Program-made: the position numbers and the translations under genes | Source of the DNA: an uncultured Cellulophaga sp. | Lineage (GTDB): Bacteria; Bacteroidota; Bacteroidia; Flavobacteriales; Flavobacteriaceae | Length of the DNA stretch: 64,000 nucleotides | Assembly: GCA_963974535.1 (NCBI GenBank) | Contig: CAXBCN010000006.1 | Span: forward strand, 21,007-85,006 | Direction: 5' to 3' | Part shown: positions 1-10,897 of the stretch, in pieces | Position numbering within the stretch: position 1 is the stretch's first letter | How the letters are laid out: every line of letters begins with the position of its first letter | Notes under the pieces: generated by a model | Database searches by the model: none | What the model was told of the DNA's origin: nothing | Seen by the model: the letters and a program-made list of their open reading frames with translations, nothing else

Positions 1-504
1 ATCTCCACCCATTCTACCGGCCATTTTAATGCCTTTAAAAACACGAGCTGGATAAGAAGCTGCTCCTACAGAACCTGGTGCTCTAAGTCTATTATGCTGA
101 CCGTGTGTTGCTTGACCCACCCCAGCAAAGCCATGGCGTTTTACAACACCTTGAAAACCTTTACCTTTTGAAGTGCCAATAGCATCTACAAATTCACCTT
201 CTACAAAAAGATCAGCACCAATGGTGTCTCCTAATTTATAGCTTCCTTCAAAATCTCGAAATTCAATGACTTTTTTCTTTGGAGAAACACCTGCTTTTTT
301 AAAATGACCTGTTTCGGCCTTGTTAGCACGTTTTTCTGCCTTGTCATCGAAACCAAGCTGAAGGGCACTGTACCCGTCTACCTCTAAGGTTCTGACTTGG
401 GTAACTACACATGGACCCACTTCGATAACTGTACAAGGAATATTTTTCCCGTTTTCATCGAAAATACTAGTCATGCCTACTTTTTTTCCTATTAACCCAG
501 ACAT
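1..504 (-). CDS. rplC: 50S ribosomal protein L3 (runs off the left edge)
   Basis: Manual translation from ATG at 504: [32 protein letters not shown]...[13 protein letters not shown]; follows rpsJ; absent from the ORF track. Confidence 0.97.
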   Translation of the reverse strand, partial: MSGLIGKKVGMTSIFDENGKNIPCTVIEVGPCVVTQVRTLEVDGYSALQLGFDDKAEKRANKAETGHFKKAGVSPKKKVIEFRDFEGSYKLGDTIGADLFVEGEFVDAIGTSKGKGFQGVVKRHGFAGVGQATHGQHNRLRAPGSVGAASYPARVFKGIKMAGRMGGD

Positions 505-550
505 ATTTAATTAAATTAACATTACTTGTTTATACTCTTTTTATTTGGCA

Positions 551-590
551 AAAAATAAGGGTCAAAAATAAATCGACCCTGATTTTATTT
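551..590 (-). terminator. Hairpin plus T-run between rpsJ and rplC (terminator/attenuator-like)
   Basis: AGGGTC (558-563) and GACCCT (575-580) inverted repeat; T-run follows on the minus strand. Confidence 0.45.
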
Positions 591-648
591 TTTCCGTTTT
601 TCCCTTGCACGCAGCTCAGGACATGTTTATTAATTCTAATTTCTAGAA

Positions 649-954
649 TTATACCTTTATTTCAACTTCCACACCACTTGGCAACTCTAATTTCATGAGC
701 GCATCGATAGTTTTAGAGGAAGAACTGTAGATATCTAAAAGCCTCTTGTAAGAGTTTAACTCAAACTGCTCCCTAGACTTTTTATTTACGTGCGGTGAAC
801 GCAATACCGTAAATATCTTTTTATGCGTTGGTAATGGAATTGGCCCAGTTACCACAGCTCCCGTAGTTTTTACGGTCTTTACAATTTTTTCAGCAGATTT
901 ATCCACTAAATTATAATCGTATGATTTTAGTTTTATTCTAATTTTTTGACTCAT
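649..954 (-). CDS. rpsJ: 30S ribosomal protein S10
   Basis: [25 protein letters not shown]...GPIPLPT...[13 protein letters not shown]. Confidence 0.99.
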   Translation of the reverse strand: MSQKIRIKLKSYDYNLVDKSAEKIVKTVKTTGAVVTGPIPLPTHKKIFTVLRSPHVNKKSREQFELNSYKRLLDIYSSSSKTIDALMKLELPSGVEVEIKV

Positions 955-964
955 TTTCCTAAAA

Positions 965-3097
965 TTAAGCGGTTATTCCTTTTGCTGCTTTGATAACTTC
1001 TTCAGATATATTTGAAGGTGTCTCCGCATAATGTGAAAATTCCATAGTTGATGTTGCTCTACCAGATGACATTGTTCTTAATGCCGTAACATAACCAAAC
1101 ATTTCTGATAATGGTACTTCACCTTTAAGAACTTTCGCTCCTGCTCTATCACCCATACTGTTGATTAAACCTCTTCTTCGGTTCAAATCACCAACAATAT
1201 CACCCATATTTTCTTCAGGTGTCAATACCTCAATTTTCATTATAGGCTCCATGATGACAGCACCAGCAGCTTTACCTGCGGCTTTGTATCCCATTTTAGC
1301 TGCTAACTCGAAAGAAAGCGCATCAGAATCGACAGGGTGGAATGAACCATCTGTTAAAACGACCTTCATGGTATCCATTTCATAACCCGCTAAAGGACCC
1401 GCCTTCATTGCTGCTGCAAAACCTTTCTGTACCGATGGAATGAATTCTTTTGGAATACGACCCCCTTTAATTTGATCCACAAATTGTAAACCTTCTCCAA
1501 CGAAATCATCATCAGCAGGTCCCATCTCAAATACGATGTCACCAAACTTACCACGACCACCAGATTGCTTTTTATAAGTTTCTCTATGACCAGCATTTTT
1601 CGTTAAAGCTTCCTTGTACTCAACCTGAGGTTGCCCTTGGTTTACTTCAACTTTAAATTCACGTCTTAAACGATCCACAATAATATCTAAGTGAAGCTCA
1701 CCCATTCCAGATATAATGGTCTGCCCAGAGGCTTCATCCGTTCTTGCTGTAAATGTTGGATCTTCTTCTGCTAATTTAGATAAAGCCATACCTAACTTAT
1801 CTACATCAGCCTTTGTTTTTGGCTCTACTGCAATACCAATTACTGGATCAGGAAAATTCATACTTTCCAATACAATAGGATGCTTTTCTGCAGATAAGGT
1901 ATCGCCTGTTTTAATATCTTTAAAACCAACAGCTGCACCAATATCTCCCGCCTCAATAAAATCAATTGCATTTTGCTTGTTCGCATGCATTTGATAAATT
2001 CTTGAAATTCGTTCTTTATTACCAGAGCGATTATTTAATACATAAGAACCTGCGTCTAAGCGTCCAGAATAAGCTCTAAAAAATGCCAAACGACCTACAA
2101 AAGGATCCGTAGCAATTTTAAAAGCCAAAGCCGCAAATGGCTCCTTTACATCTGGCTTACGACGTTCTTCTTTATCCGTATCTGGGTTAACCCCTATTAC
2201 ACTCTCTCTGTCTAATGGAGAAGGTAAATAACGACACACTGCATCCAATAAAAACTGAACTCCCTTATTCTTAAACGAGGATCCACAAATCATGGGTATA
2301 ATACTCATGTCCATTACTGCTGCTCTTAATGCCGCATGAACCTCTTCTTCTGTAATAGAATCTTCATCTTCGAAGAATTTTTCCATCAAAGTTTCATCAT
2401 ACTCAGCAACGGCCTCGATCAGGTTAGCTCTGTATTCTTTAACTTCAGCCTTCATTTCTTCTGGAATAGCAACAACATCAAAAGTTGCCCCGAAGTTATC
2501 TTCATGCCAAACTATAGCTCTATTTTTAACCAAATCAACAATTCCCTTGAAATCAGCTTCATCACCTATTGGCAATACAATTGGAACTGCATTTGACTTT
2601 AACATCTCTCGAATTTGCTTACAAACCTCAAGAAAGTTAGACCCTTGTCTATCCATCTTGTTTACAAAGCCCAATCTTGGAACTTTATAGTTATCCGCAA
2701 GCCTCCAGTTAGTTTCAGACTGTGGCTCAACACCATCCACTGCACTAAACAAGAACACTAAACCATCCAAGATACGAAGCGAACGGTTTACTTCAACCGT
2801 AAAATCAACGTGGCCCGGAGTATCAATAATATTAAAATGGTAGTCTTTTGCTTCTGGTGTTGGCTCTGCATTTTCCTTAGGAAAAACCCAAGTACATGTC
2901 GTGGCCGCCGAAGTAATTGTAATACCACGCTCCTGCTCCTGCTCCATCCAGTCCATAGTTGCAGCTCCATCATGAACTTCTCCGATTTTATGACTTACCC
3001 CTGTGTAAAATAAAATACGTTCAGTCGTCGTCGTTTTACCGGCATCAATATGAGCAGCAATACCTATATTTCTAGTAAATTTTAAATCTCTTGACAT
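965..3097 (-). CDS. fusA: Elongation factor G
   Basis: [32 protein letters not shown] motifs; 710 aa; str operon position. Confidence 0.99.
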   Translation of the reverse strand: MSRDLKFTRNIGIAAHIDAGKTTTTERILFYTGVSHKIGEVHDGAATMDWMEQEQERGITITSAATTCTWVFPKENAEPTPEAKDYHFNIIDTPGHVDFTVEVNRSLRILDGLVFLFSAVDGVEPQSETNWRLADNYKVPRLGFVNKMDRQGSNFLEVCKQIREMLKSNAVPIVLPIGDEADFKGIVDLVKNRAIVWHEDNFGATFDVVAIPEEMKAEVKEYRANLIEAVAEYDETLMEKFFEDEDSITEEEVHAALRAAVMDMSIIPMICGSSFKNKGVQFLLDAVCRYLPSPLDRESVIGVNPDTDKEERRKPDVKEPFAALAFKIATDPFVGRLAFFRAYSGRLDAGSYVLNNRSGNKERISRIYQMHANKQNAIDFIEAGDIGAAVGFKDIKTGDTLSAEKHPIVLESMNFPDPVIGIAVEPKTKADVDKLGMALSKLAEEDPTFTARTDEASGQTIISGMGELHLDIIVDRLRREFKVEVNQGQPQVEYKEALTKNAGHRETYKKQSGGRGKFGDIVFEMGPADDDFVGEGLQFVDQIKGGRIPKEFIPSVQKGFAAAMKAGPLAGYEMDTMKVVLTDGSFHPVDSDALSFELAAKMGYKAAGKAAGAVIMEPIMKIEVLTPEENMGDIVGDLNRRRGLINSMGDRAGAKVLKGEVPLSEMFGYVTALRTMSSGRATSTMEFSHYAETPSNISEEVIKAAKGITA

Positions 3098-3106
3098 GTC
3101 TGATAA

Positions 3107-3583
3107 TTAAAATCTAAAGTGAGAGAAAGCCTTATTAGCTTCTGCCATTTTGTGAGTATCTGTTCTTTTCTTAACCGCAGCACCTTCTTCTTTGGCCGCT
3201 GCTAATATTTCCCCAGCTAACTTTTGCGACATAGCCTTCTCGTTTCTTTTACGAGAGTAACTAATTAACCACTTCATTGCTGTTGAAATTTTTCTGTCCG
3301 GTCTAATCTGCATCGGAATTTGAAAGGTTGCCCCACCAACTCGTCTACTTCTAACCTCTACATGCGGCATCACATTAGAAAGAGCATCTTTCCAAATCTC
3401 TAAAGCCGTTTTTTCTTCGTCTGTTTTCTTTTCTGCTACGATATCAATCGCATCATAAAATACTTTATATGCTATTGACTTTTTACCATCCCACATCATC
3501 ATATTAACGAAACGAGTTACTAACTGGTCGTTAAATCTTGGATCTGGCAAAAGAGGTCTCTTTTTAGCCTGTTTTTTTCTCAT
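3107..3583 (-). CDS. rpsG: 30S ribosomal protein S7
   Basis: [26 protein letters not shown]. Confidence 0.99.
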   Translation of the reverse strand: MRKKQAKKRPLLPDPRFNDQLVTRFVNMMMWDGKKSIAYKVFYDAIDIVAEKKTDEEKTALEIWKDALSNVMPHVEVRSRRVGGATFQIPMQIRPDRKISTAMKWLISYSRKRNEKAMSQKLAGEILAAAKEEGAAVKKRTDTHKMAEANKAFSHFRF

Positions 3584-3603
3584 TGCTTCTGTTTAAAGTT
3601 TGA

Positions 3604-3978
3604 TTACTTTTTAGGTCTTTTAGCACCATACTTAGATCTACGTTGGGTTCTTCCAGCAACACCTGCTGTATCTAAAGCACCTCTAACGATATGATACCTA
3701 ACACCTGGTAAATCCTTAACTCTTCCGCCCCTTACTAATACTATCGAGTGCTCTTGTAAATTGTGACCCTCACCTGGGATGTATGCGTTTACTTCCTTAC
3801 CATTTGTTAACCTAACCCTTGCAACTTTACGCATTGCAGAATTTGGTTTCTTTGGTGTAGTTGTGTAAACACGAGTACAAACCCCTCTTCTTTGAGGACA
3901 CGAATCTAAAGCAGCCGATTTACTCTTCTTAGTAATCGTGGCCCTTCCTTTTCGTACTAATTGTGAAATTGTTGGCAT
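3604..3978 (-). CDS. rpsL: 30S ribosomal protein S12
   Basis: [30 protein letters not shown]. Confidence 0.99.
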   Translation of the reverse strand: MPTISQLVRKGRATITKKSKSAALDSCPQRRGVCTRVYTTTPKKPNSAMRKVARVRLTNGKEVNAYIPGEGHNLQEHSIVLVRGGRVKDLPGVRYHIVRGALDTAGVAGRTQRRSKYGAKRPKK

Positions 3979-4023
3979 ACTATAATTGTATCTATATATA
4001 ATTTACCCTTTTTTAAGGGTCGG

Positions 4024-4054
4024 CAAATGTAGTAATATTTCGTGATAATTCAAA
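4024..4054 (-). promoter_or_regulatory. Bacteroidota primary-sigma promoter of the str operon
   Basis: Minus strand TTTG (4054-4051), 19-nt spacer, TACATTTG (4031-4024); matches the TTTG / TAnnTTTG consensus. Confidence 0.75.
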
Positions 4055-4314
4055 CTTAGAGTAATTTATTTTGAATTATTTTTTTGATAATGAATTTGCA
4101 AGAAATAATTTTTAAGTTCTTATGTCCAAAAAATGGGCTTTTTTTGCCCTACCGAAATCACAATTCACGATCAGCCTTAAAAACGAGCGCAAATCTACCT
4201 CGATCAAATTTTCAACAAAAATAATTTCTAGGTTTTGTTATTTTATTTTGAATTTTTTTTAGAAATATAGTTTGAAACCTACTAAAAATTTTGATTTAAC
4301 ATATATTTGCAGCG

Positions 4315-5049
4315 ATGGAAAGCAACACTCAAATTTACGGCATAAGGGCTATTTTAGAAGCGATTAAAGCAGATAAGCCCATTGATAAGGTATTTATTCA
4401 AAAGGGCTTAAAAGGCGATTTATTTAAAGAACTCGAAACTTCTATCCGTAAAAACGGAATTAATTCCTCGTACGTGCCTATTGAAAAGTTAAACCGACTT
4501 ACCAAAGGCAATCATCAAGGTGCGGTAGCGAATATATCGCCTATCACGTTTTATGAACTAGAAAATCTCGTCGAAAAAGTTAAAGCGGCCAAAGAAGCGC
4601 CCTTATTTTTATTATTAGATCAGCTTTCTGACGTGCGTAATTTTGGCGCCATTATCCGAACCGCAGAATGTACTGGTGTCGACGGAATTATCATACAGAA
4701 AAAAGGTGCTGCACCTGTTACCGCCGATACGATAAAGACCTCAGCAGGAGCTGCATTTAAAATTCCTATTGCCAAAGTAGATCATATAAAAGATGCTGTT
4801 TTTTATTTGCAAGCTTCTGATATAAAAGTTATTGCTGCTACCGAAAAAACAGAAACTAGTCTTTATGATGTAAATTTTAAAGAATCATGTGCTATCATCA
4901 TGGGATCTGAAGATGTGGGGATTTCTCCTTCTATTTTAAAAATTGTAGATGATAAAGCTAAACTTCCCTTACTTGGCGAAATAGGATCTCTTAACGTTTC
5001 TGTAGCCTGTGGCGTATTTTTATATGAAGTTGTGAGGCAAAGGCGCTAA
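4315..5049 (+). CDS. rlmB: 23S rRNA (Gm2251) 2'-O-methyltransferase, SpoU/TrmH family
   Basis: DVRNFGAIIRTA, IIMGSEDVG, SLNVSVA SPOUT motifs. Confidence 0.92.
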   Translation: MESNTQIYGIRAILEAIKADKPIDKVFIQKGLKGDLFKELETSIRKNGINSSYVPIEKLNRLTKGNHQGAVANISPITFYELENLVEKVKAAKEAPLFLLLDQLSDVRNFGAIIRTAECTGVDGIIIQKKGAAPVTADTIKTSAGAAFKIPIAKVDHIKDAVFYLQASDIKVIAATEKTETSLYDVNFKESCAIIMGSEDVGISPSILKIVDDKAKLPLLGEIGSLNVSVACGVFLYEVVRQRR

Positions 5050-5106
5050 GTTAGAATGTCGAAGCTTGCTACAAAAGATAGTAGGCTTTAGGGTGAAATT
5101 AATGAC

Positions 5107-5838
5107 CTATTTTGGTTCTTCTTTTGTATAGTGATACGTAATGGTAATACGTTGTTCCTCACTATTTTCTTCTGACTTTTTTTCTATAAAATTACCGTGT
5201 TCATCAAAGTGTTGTAAAAACTCATCTTCTTCTTCATTAAAATCATCCTTTTCCCATTCGTATTTTTTAAGGTCCGGAAGCGGTACCTTGATCATTACAG
5301 CAAATAGCAGACCTGTCAAAAAACCTCCCAAATGCCCTTCCCATGAAATGGTGGTATCGATTGGAAAAATAAACCACAGCATACTGCCATAAATGAAAAC
5401 AACAATTAATGAAAGCGCCACTAATCGGTAATATTTAGTAAAAACTCCCTTGAAAAATATAAAACTAGCCAAAACATAAATTAAGCCACTAGCCCCTATA
5501 TGATATGATTCTCGGCCTATACACCAAGTTATAATTCCCGAAAGTAAAATACCATAAAAAAGGATCTTAAAAGCCGCCTTTCTATAAAAATACAAGATCG
5601 CACTCGACAACAGCACTAAAGGCACGGTATTATGGTACAAATGCTCTATAGAGCCATGAATAAAAGGACTAAATAAAACACCTTTTAAGCCTGATAACTT
5701 TCTAGGCAACACCCCGTAGGAATTAAAGTTTACCCCTAGACGCACTTCAATTAAAAATACAATCCAAATAGAGAGTACAAGCGCTAATGGCACTAGAATT
5801 ACTCTATTTGAAAACTTAAAATGTGTAATTTCTGACAT
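5107..5838 (-). CDS. Rhomboid family intramembrane serine protease
   Basis: Multiple TM segments, HLYHN, GASG, WEGHLGG. Confidence 0.9.
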   Translation of the reverse strand: MSEITHFKFSNRVILVPLALVLSIWIVFLIEVRLGVNFNSYGVLPRKLSGLKGVLFSPFIHGSIEHLYHNTVPLVLLSSAILYFYRKAAFKILFYGILLSGIITWCIGRESYHIGASGLIYVLASFIFFKGVFTKYYRLVALSLIVVFIYGSMLWFIFPIDTTISWEGHLGGFLTGLLFAVMIKVPLPDLKKYEWEKDDFNEEEDEFLQHFDEHGNFIEKKSEENSEEQRITITYHYTKEEPK

Positions 5839-6020
5839 GTTATATCCTATAACGTGAATTAGCCTAAAAAAAGTTTATTCCTTATCAATTAAAAAAATTC
5901 CGCGAGAATTAATTGGTATTTTATCCTTTTAACGCCATGTTTTTAAAATTGGTCTCAAAAACGTCACCATAAAATAGAAACCTGTTAAATTGTCATACCC
6001 ATAATTTGTACTTTTGTGGC

Positions 6021-7298
6021 ATGAATGAACCACTTGCAGAACGAGTACGCCCAAAAACTCTAGAAGACTATATAAGTCAAAGTCATTTGGTAGGCGAAAA
6101 TGGCTCCTTAACACATCAAATTAAGAAAGGAATTATTCCTTCGTTAATTCTTTGGGGACCACCAGGAACAGGTAAAACAACTTTAGCCCATATTATTGCT
6201 AAAGAAAGCGGAAGACCTTTCTATGCTTTAAGCGCTATTAACAGTGGTGTTAAAGATATTCGAGAGGTCATCGATAAAGCCAAGCAAAGTGGCGGCTTAT
6301 TTACTGCTAAAAATCCAATTTTATTTATTGATGAAATTCATAGATTCAGTAAATCGCAGCAAGATTCGCTTTTGGCGGCTGTTGAAAAAGGTTGGGTTAC
6401 ACTCGTTGGTGCGACTACAGAAAACCCAAGTTTTGAAGTTATTCCCGCACTACTTTCGAGGTGCCAAGTATATATCTTGAATGAATTTGGGAAGGAAGAT
6501 TTAGAAGCACTGCTCAATAGAGCTTTGAAAGAAGATGGTATTCTAAAATCAAAAAAAATAACATTAAAAGAAACAGAGGCTTTACTGCGTTTGTCTGGTG
6601 GCGATGGAAGAAAACTATTAAATATTTTTGAACTTGTTATTCATTCCGAAAATTCAGATACGATTGAGATTACTGATGATTTGGTGATGCAAAAAATTCA
6701 AAAAAATACAGTGCGCTATGATAAAACTGGTGAGCAACACTATGATATTATCTCAGCTTTTATAAAATCTATTCGCGGTAGTGACCCGAACGCTGCCGTC
6801 TATTGGCTAGCAAGAATGATTGAAGGTGGTGAGGATGTAAAGTTTATCGCACGTAGAATGCTGATTGCAGCTTCTGAAGATATTGGTCTAGCAAACCCTA
6901 CGGCTTTAGTTATGGCCAATACCACATTTCAAGCTGTTACGGCGATTGGATACCCTGAGGCACGTATTATTTTGAGTCAATGTGCTATTTATTTGGCTTG
7001 CTCCCCAAAAAGTAATGGAAGCTATATGGCAATCAATAATGCCTTAAATACGGTAAAACAAACCGGCGATTTATCAGTGCCTTTGGCCTTGAGAAATGCG
7101 CCGACTAAACTAATGAAAGACATAGGCTATGGTGCAGACTATAAATATGCACACCAGTATCAAAACAATTTTGTTGAAGCCGAATTTTTACCAGAGGAAA
7201 TTTCAGGCACATCGTTTTATGTTCCCAATAAAAACCCTAGAGAAGACGCTATTAAAGAATTTCTAAAAAATAGATGGAAGGCAAAGTACAATCTTTAA
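6021..7298 (+). CDS. rarA: Replication-associated recombination protein A (MgsA/RarA AAA+ ATPase)
   Basis: PLAERVRPKTL, GPPGTGKTT, FIDEIHRF, GATTENPSF, SIRGSDP; start moved from 6006 to ATG 6021 just after TACTTTTG. Confidence 0.95.
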   Translation: MNEPLAERVRPKTLEDYISQSHLVGENGSLTHQIKKGIIPSLILWGPPGTGKTTLAHIIAKESGRPFYALSAINSGVKDIREVIDKAKQSGGLFTAKNPILFIDEIHRFSKSQQDSLLAAVEKGWVTLVGATTENPSFEVIPALLSRCQVYILNEFGKEDLEALLNRALKEDGILKSKKITLKETEALLRLSGGDGRKLLNIFELVIHSENSDTIEITDDLVMQKIQKNTVRYDKTGEQHYDIISAFIKSIRGSDPNAAVYWLARMIEGGEDVKFIARRMLIAASEDIGLANPTALVMANTTFQAVTAIGYPEARIILSQCAIYLACSPKSNGSYMAINNALNTVKQTGDLSVPLALRNAPTKLMKDIGYGADYKYAHQYQNNFVEAEFLPEEISGTSFYVPNKNPREDAIKEFLKNRWKAKYNL

Positions 7299-8131
7299 AA
7301 TTTGATGCTTAAAGATTTCACCCTAAGCGTCGTATCTTCATAATACTCAAAAAACCATTCTCCCTTTCCTCCCGCATAAATAATACCTGAATAGCCATTG
7401 ATTTCTTCGGCCAAGAAAATATTTGTTTTTGAAGTGGCGAACATTTTCAGTATTATTTTTGGAGAACTATCCACCAGTTGATAGCCATTTTCAATAGGTT
7501 GTGCATAGTAGTCTACCTTTGAAACAGGTGTATTTTCAAGGGGTACCACGTTTATTATGTGTTCTGCCACTCTGGAACTAGTATCAGCATCCTGATTTTT
7601 AAGCGCTTTAATGGACAAATCTTCATCTGAGTCAGCATTTTGAACTATGGGAGTTCTATTTTTTACATCGTTCTTAAAGGAAACGACTACTGCTTCTGAT
7701 GCAGGTTCTTTATATTGATAATTTATAGTATTTAGTGAGCTAAGAGCATCTTTAATTGCCTCATGATACGAACCTTTATATTCTTTAATTTTACTGGTGC
7801 CCTCTGCTGTCGTGTATACTATTTTAGTAGTACAATCTTTAAAAGCAAGGGCTGTTTTGGTCGTAAACATGTTCGAATTATTGACCAAAACCACCAAAAG
7901 GCCTAAGCATCTATTAGCATTTAAATCTCCTGGTAAATCGTCATCATAGAAGACATTGAAACCTTGATTCTCCAAAACGTATTTGACCAAAGTACTAGTT
8001 TGGTATTGGTTCTCTTCCTTAAAAGTATCGAATTGCTTGGGAACAATAATGTATTTGTAGTTGTTCAATTGTTCTTGAGCAAAGGATGTCGCTGTTGCTA
8101 TTAGCAGGAATAGGATGCAATATGTTTTCAT
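7295..8131 (-). CDS. Hypothetical exported protein
   Basis: 278-aa ORF with signal peptide (MKTYCILFLLIATATSFAQ); co-oriented with upstream genes. Confidence 0.8.
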   Translation of the reverse strand: MKTYCILFLLIATATSFAQEQLNNYKYIIVPKQFDTFKEENQYQTSTLVKYVLENQGFNVFYDDDLPGDLNANRCLGLLVVLVNNSNMFTTKTALAFKDCTTKIVYTTAEGTSKIKEYKGSYHEAIKDALSSLNTINYQYKEPASEAVVVSFKNDVKNRTPIVQNADSDEDLSIKALKNQDADTSSRVAEHIINVVPLENTPVSKVDYYAQPIENGYQLVDSSPKIILKMFATSKTNIFLAEEINGYSGIIYAGGKGEWFFEYYEDTTLRVKSLSIKF

Positions 8132-8145
8132 TTAGACTTATGGTA

Positions 8146-9594
8146 TTATTTCTTGCCCCAAGATATAATATTAAAACCAAATTGAATTGATGCGTACTGA
8201 GAATCTGCAATATTCCCGTAGCTCAAAAGGTTATCGGCCATAAGATACATGTTTACCGCTCCAATCTGCATGCTCCCTCCTAACCCAATATTGGTGGCAG
8301 AAAATTTATCGACGGTATAGGTACTTTTTAAGGCCATTATAGTGCCGAACCTGTATTGATAAAAAGCGGTTAATGCCGCTTGGGGTCCACGAGGTCTGTT
8401 GATGGCATAGAGATGGGCTCCAAAACTATTTTTATACAATTGCCCTCGATTATTACCCCCTGCGGTAGTTGTACAATAACAATTTTCTCTAGATTCAATT
8501 TGCTTACCAAAATCACGACGTACAGAGGCATTTAATTTTGTTGGCCTAAACGTAAGGTAATTTTCACTTGACTCCGTGTAAGGCACTAAAGCTTCTAACT
8601 CATCTACCAAATTGCGCCATTGGTCCTCAGGGTTATTTAAATCTGCTGGAATAAAAAACGAGATACCTTCTGTACTTGCCGTACCTTTTAAGGCAGAAGT
8701 TCGTGTATCTTTGGTATGATAGATAAAACCTACATCTAATACACTTGCGGTAACAGTTGTTCTTTGGTCTAGGTGATAGGAAAAACCAGCATCAAAACCT
8801 AATCCTAAATTACCCCCTAACAAGGCTCTTTTGGTTAAAACACTTGAAATTCCCGAGCCATTAGCTACCGCATCGTCATCTAAAACATCTTTCAGTTCAA
8901 AAATACCCGATGTTCTAATTTCTATATCCGCGTCTAAAGTGGTTCTCAATACATTATTCTGACCTTCTGTGGTTAAAAAATATCCTTTGTTTTTGGTTGA
9001 AGAAAAATTTAGAAAACTAGCATATAGTTTAGCTCGAATACCAACTGATAATTGATTTGACACTCTTTTGTTAATCCCAAAATGATATACATTCAAGATT
9101 TCTCCTCTAGTTTTCAAATGACTTAAATCAAATTTTTTATTTAAATTATTAGTATTACCCTCATAAGCTAATTGCGCATAATCCTTAAAATAATAACCTA
9201 TGGCATCTCCTTCATTATAAGCCCCAAAAGAATAGAATATATCGTCATTTTTACGGCTTCTAAAGCCTATATTGATAAGGTCTATTTGATAGGTGCCACT
9301 AAGCTCATCCTTAAAACTCATGCCATTAATAACCTTTTCTCTAAATTTAGTATTAAAATCTACACCATCAACGGCAAACAAGTCATTTGAACTGATTCCA
9401 CTACTGCCTGCTTGAAAACTAATGCCCGAAATTAAAGGAACACCTGAATACCATTTAAAAGAAGTAGCCATTCCAGGATTCAACATCAAGGATTGTGGTA
9501 CCTCATTAAAATCATAAAGCAACTGCTTGTTTTGACCTACACAAGTTACACCGAATAGAATAAAAAGGATGGTAAGCCTCAATGTTTGCTTCAT
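8146..9594 (-). CDS. DUF5723-like outer-membrane beta-barrel protein
   Basis: Signal peptide, PQSLMLNPG, GNLGLGFDAG, C-terminal QFGFNI beta-signal-like end. Confidence 0.7.
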   Translation of the reverse strand: MKQTLRLTILFILFGVTCVGQNKQLLYDFNEVPQSLMLNPGMATSFKWYSGVPLISGISFQAGSSGISSNDLFAVDGVDFNTKFREKVINGMSFKDELSGTYQIDLINIGFRSRKNDDIFYSFGAYNEGDAIGYYFKDYAQLAYEGNTNNLNKKFDLSHLKTRGEILNVYHFGINKRVSNQLSVGIRAKLYASFLNFSSTKNKGYFLTTEGQNNVLRTTLDADIEIRTSGIFELKDVLDDDAVANGSGISSVLTKRALLGGNLGLGFDAGFSYHLDQRTTVTASVLDVGFIYHTKDTRTSALKGTASTEGISFFIPADLNNPEDQWRNLVDELEALVPYTESSENYLTFRPTKLNASVRRDFGKQIESRENCYCTTTAGGNNRGQLYKNSFGAHLYAINRPRGPQAALTAFYQYRFGTIMALKSTYTVDKFSATNIGLGGSMQIGAVNMYLMADNLLSYGNIADSQYASIQFGFNIISWGKK

Positions 9595-10145
9595 TCTAAT
9601 AATCTTAACTTAAAGCTTGCGCTAGACTTAAAAATTAATTTAGGGTTAGAAAGTGAAGAAACACTTGTATTGTCGCTGTTGTTGACAATGGTTAACTGTA
9701 TGCTCGATGTATTCCTTATAATCGCTATGTTTCTTCCAGAAGGTGGGCCGTAAGCGACTTCTAATTCACTTGCAGTTTCTGGCGGTGCCGCTAAGGCCGT
9801 TACTTGAAAAGAATCTAAAGGGACGCCTGAGGCATCAAGAAAATCAATTTGCACCTGCATATTTTTACTCGTCGTATTTTCTAATTGAAATTTGACGGAT
9901 CCTGAAATTACCTTATCTGAAAATATACTGGAGGTAAAGGCATCGAAATTAATATTTTGAGTAATTGCAACCGGTGAAATACTATTAATAATCGCCTCTG
10001 TGGTCTCCACATAAACTATGGATCCCGACAAATCTGGAATAACTTCTAAGTCTTTCGCTTGGTTAAAATCTTGTGGTTCAGAACAAGAAAATAAGAAAAG
10101 AAAAAAGAGACTATACGAAAATATAAGAGGGTTTATCTTTTTCAT
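9591..10145 (-). CDS. Hypothetical lipoprotein
   Basis: Lipobox-like LFSC; 4-bp overlap with the downstream gene. Confidence 0.75.
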   Translation of the reverse strand: MKKINPLIFSYSLFFLFLFSCSEPQDFNQAKDLEVIPDLSGSIVYVETTEAIINSISPVAITQNINFDAFTSSIFSDKVISGSVKFQLENTTSKNMQVQIDFLDASGVPLDSFQVTALAAPPETASELEVAYGPPSGRNIAIIRNTSSIQLTIVNNSDNTSVSSLSNPKLIFKSSASFKLRLLE

Positions 10146-10207
10146 TTAAAGTCATTAAGGCGAAAATTAAGGTTCGCCAAAGGTTACAGTGTTCTAATAG
10201 CATAACT

Positions 10208-10897
10208 CTATAAGTATGATTTTATTTCATTTAAGTCACTAATCATGATAGATAAATCGTGTTTTTCTTCCTGATGTGCATTAAAATGTAGCGTATGAAT
10301 ACCGATTGCTTGCGCCCCTAAAATATCGGCTTCTAAACTATCGCCTATCATCAGGGCTTTTTCGGGTAGCACATTTGCCTTTTCAAGTGCCAATTTAAAA
10401 ATAATAGGATTTGGTTTTTTAACACCTGCCATTTCTGCATTCATGATAATGCTAAAGTAATCGAAGATCCCTGCATTTTTCATTTTTTTATCTTGGACCT
10501 CTTGAAACCCATTGGTGATAATGTGCATCTTGTATTTGGGTTTTAAATAATTTAAAACTTCAATGGTGTTGGGGAAAAGATGGTTGTAATTCGTTAAATT
10601 TTCAATATACTCTTCTGCCAAACGATGGATGGTGGCATCAGACACCTTCATTTTTAAGGTATCAAAAGTTAATTTTAAGCGTTGGTATCGCAAATCTGAT
10701 TTACTGATTTTTTCATCTCTAAACAGTTTCCAAAAAATTAAATTATTAGGCACATAAACCTTTAGGAAATCTGATAATTCAACCTTTACCTCATTCGCTA
10801 CTAAAATTTTTTCAAAGGTTAAGGCTGAATTTTTTTCAAAATCCCATAGCGTATGATCTAAATCAAAAAAAACATCAGTGACTTTAGTATTAAACAT
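10208..10897 (-). CDS. yjjG: YjjG-family HAD pyrimidine nucleotidase
   Basis: FFDLDHTLWDF, IITNGF, KP, MIGDSLEADILGA. Confidence 0.9.
   Translation of the reverse strand: MFNTKVTDVFFDLDHTLWDFEKNSALTFEKILVANEVKVELSDFLKVYVPNNLIFWKLFRDEKISKSDLRYQRLKLTFDTLKMKVSDATIHRLAEEYIENLTNYNHLFPNTIEVLNYLKPKYKMHIITNGFQEVQDKKMKNAGIFDYFSIIMNAEMAGVKKPNPIIFKLALEKANVLPEKALMIGDSLEADILGAQAIGIHTLHFNAHQEEKHDLSIMISDLNEIKSYL

Noticed and set aside
965-978. No tuf between fusA and rpsJ
   Set aside because: Normal str-S10 arrangement in Bacteroidota.
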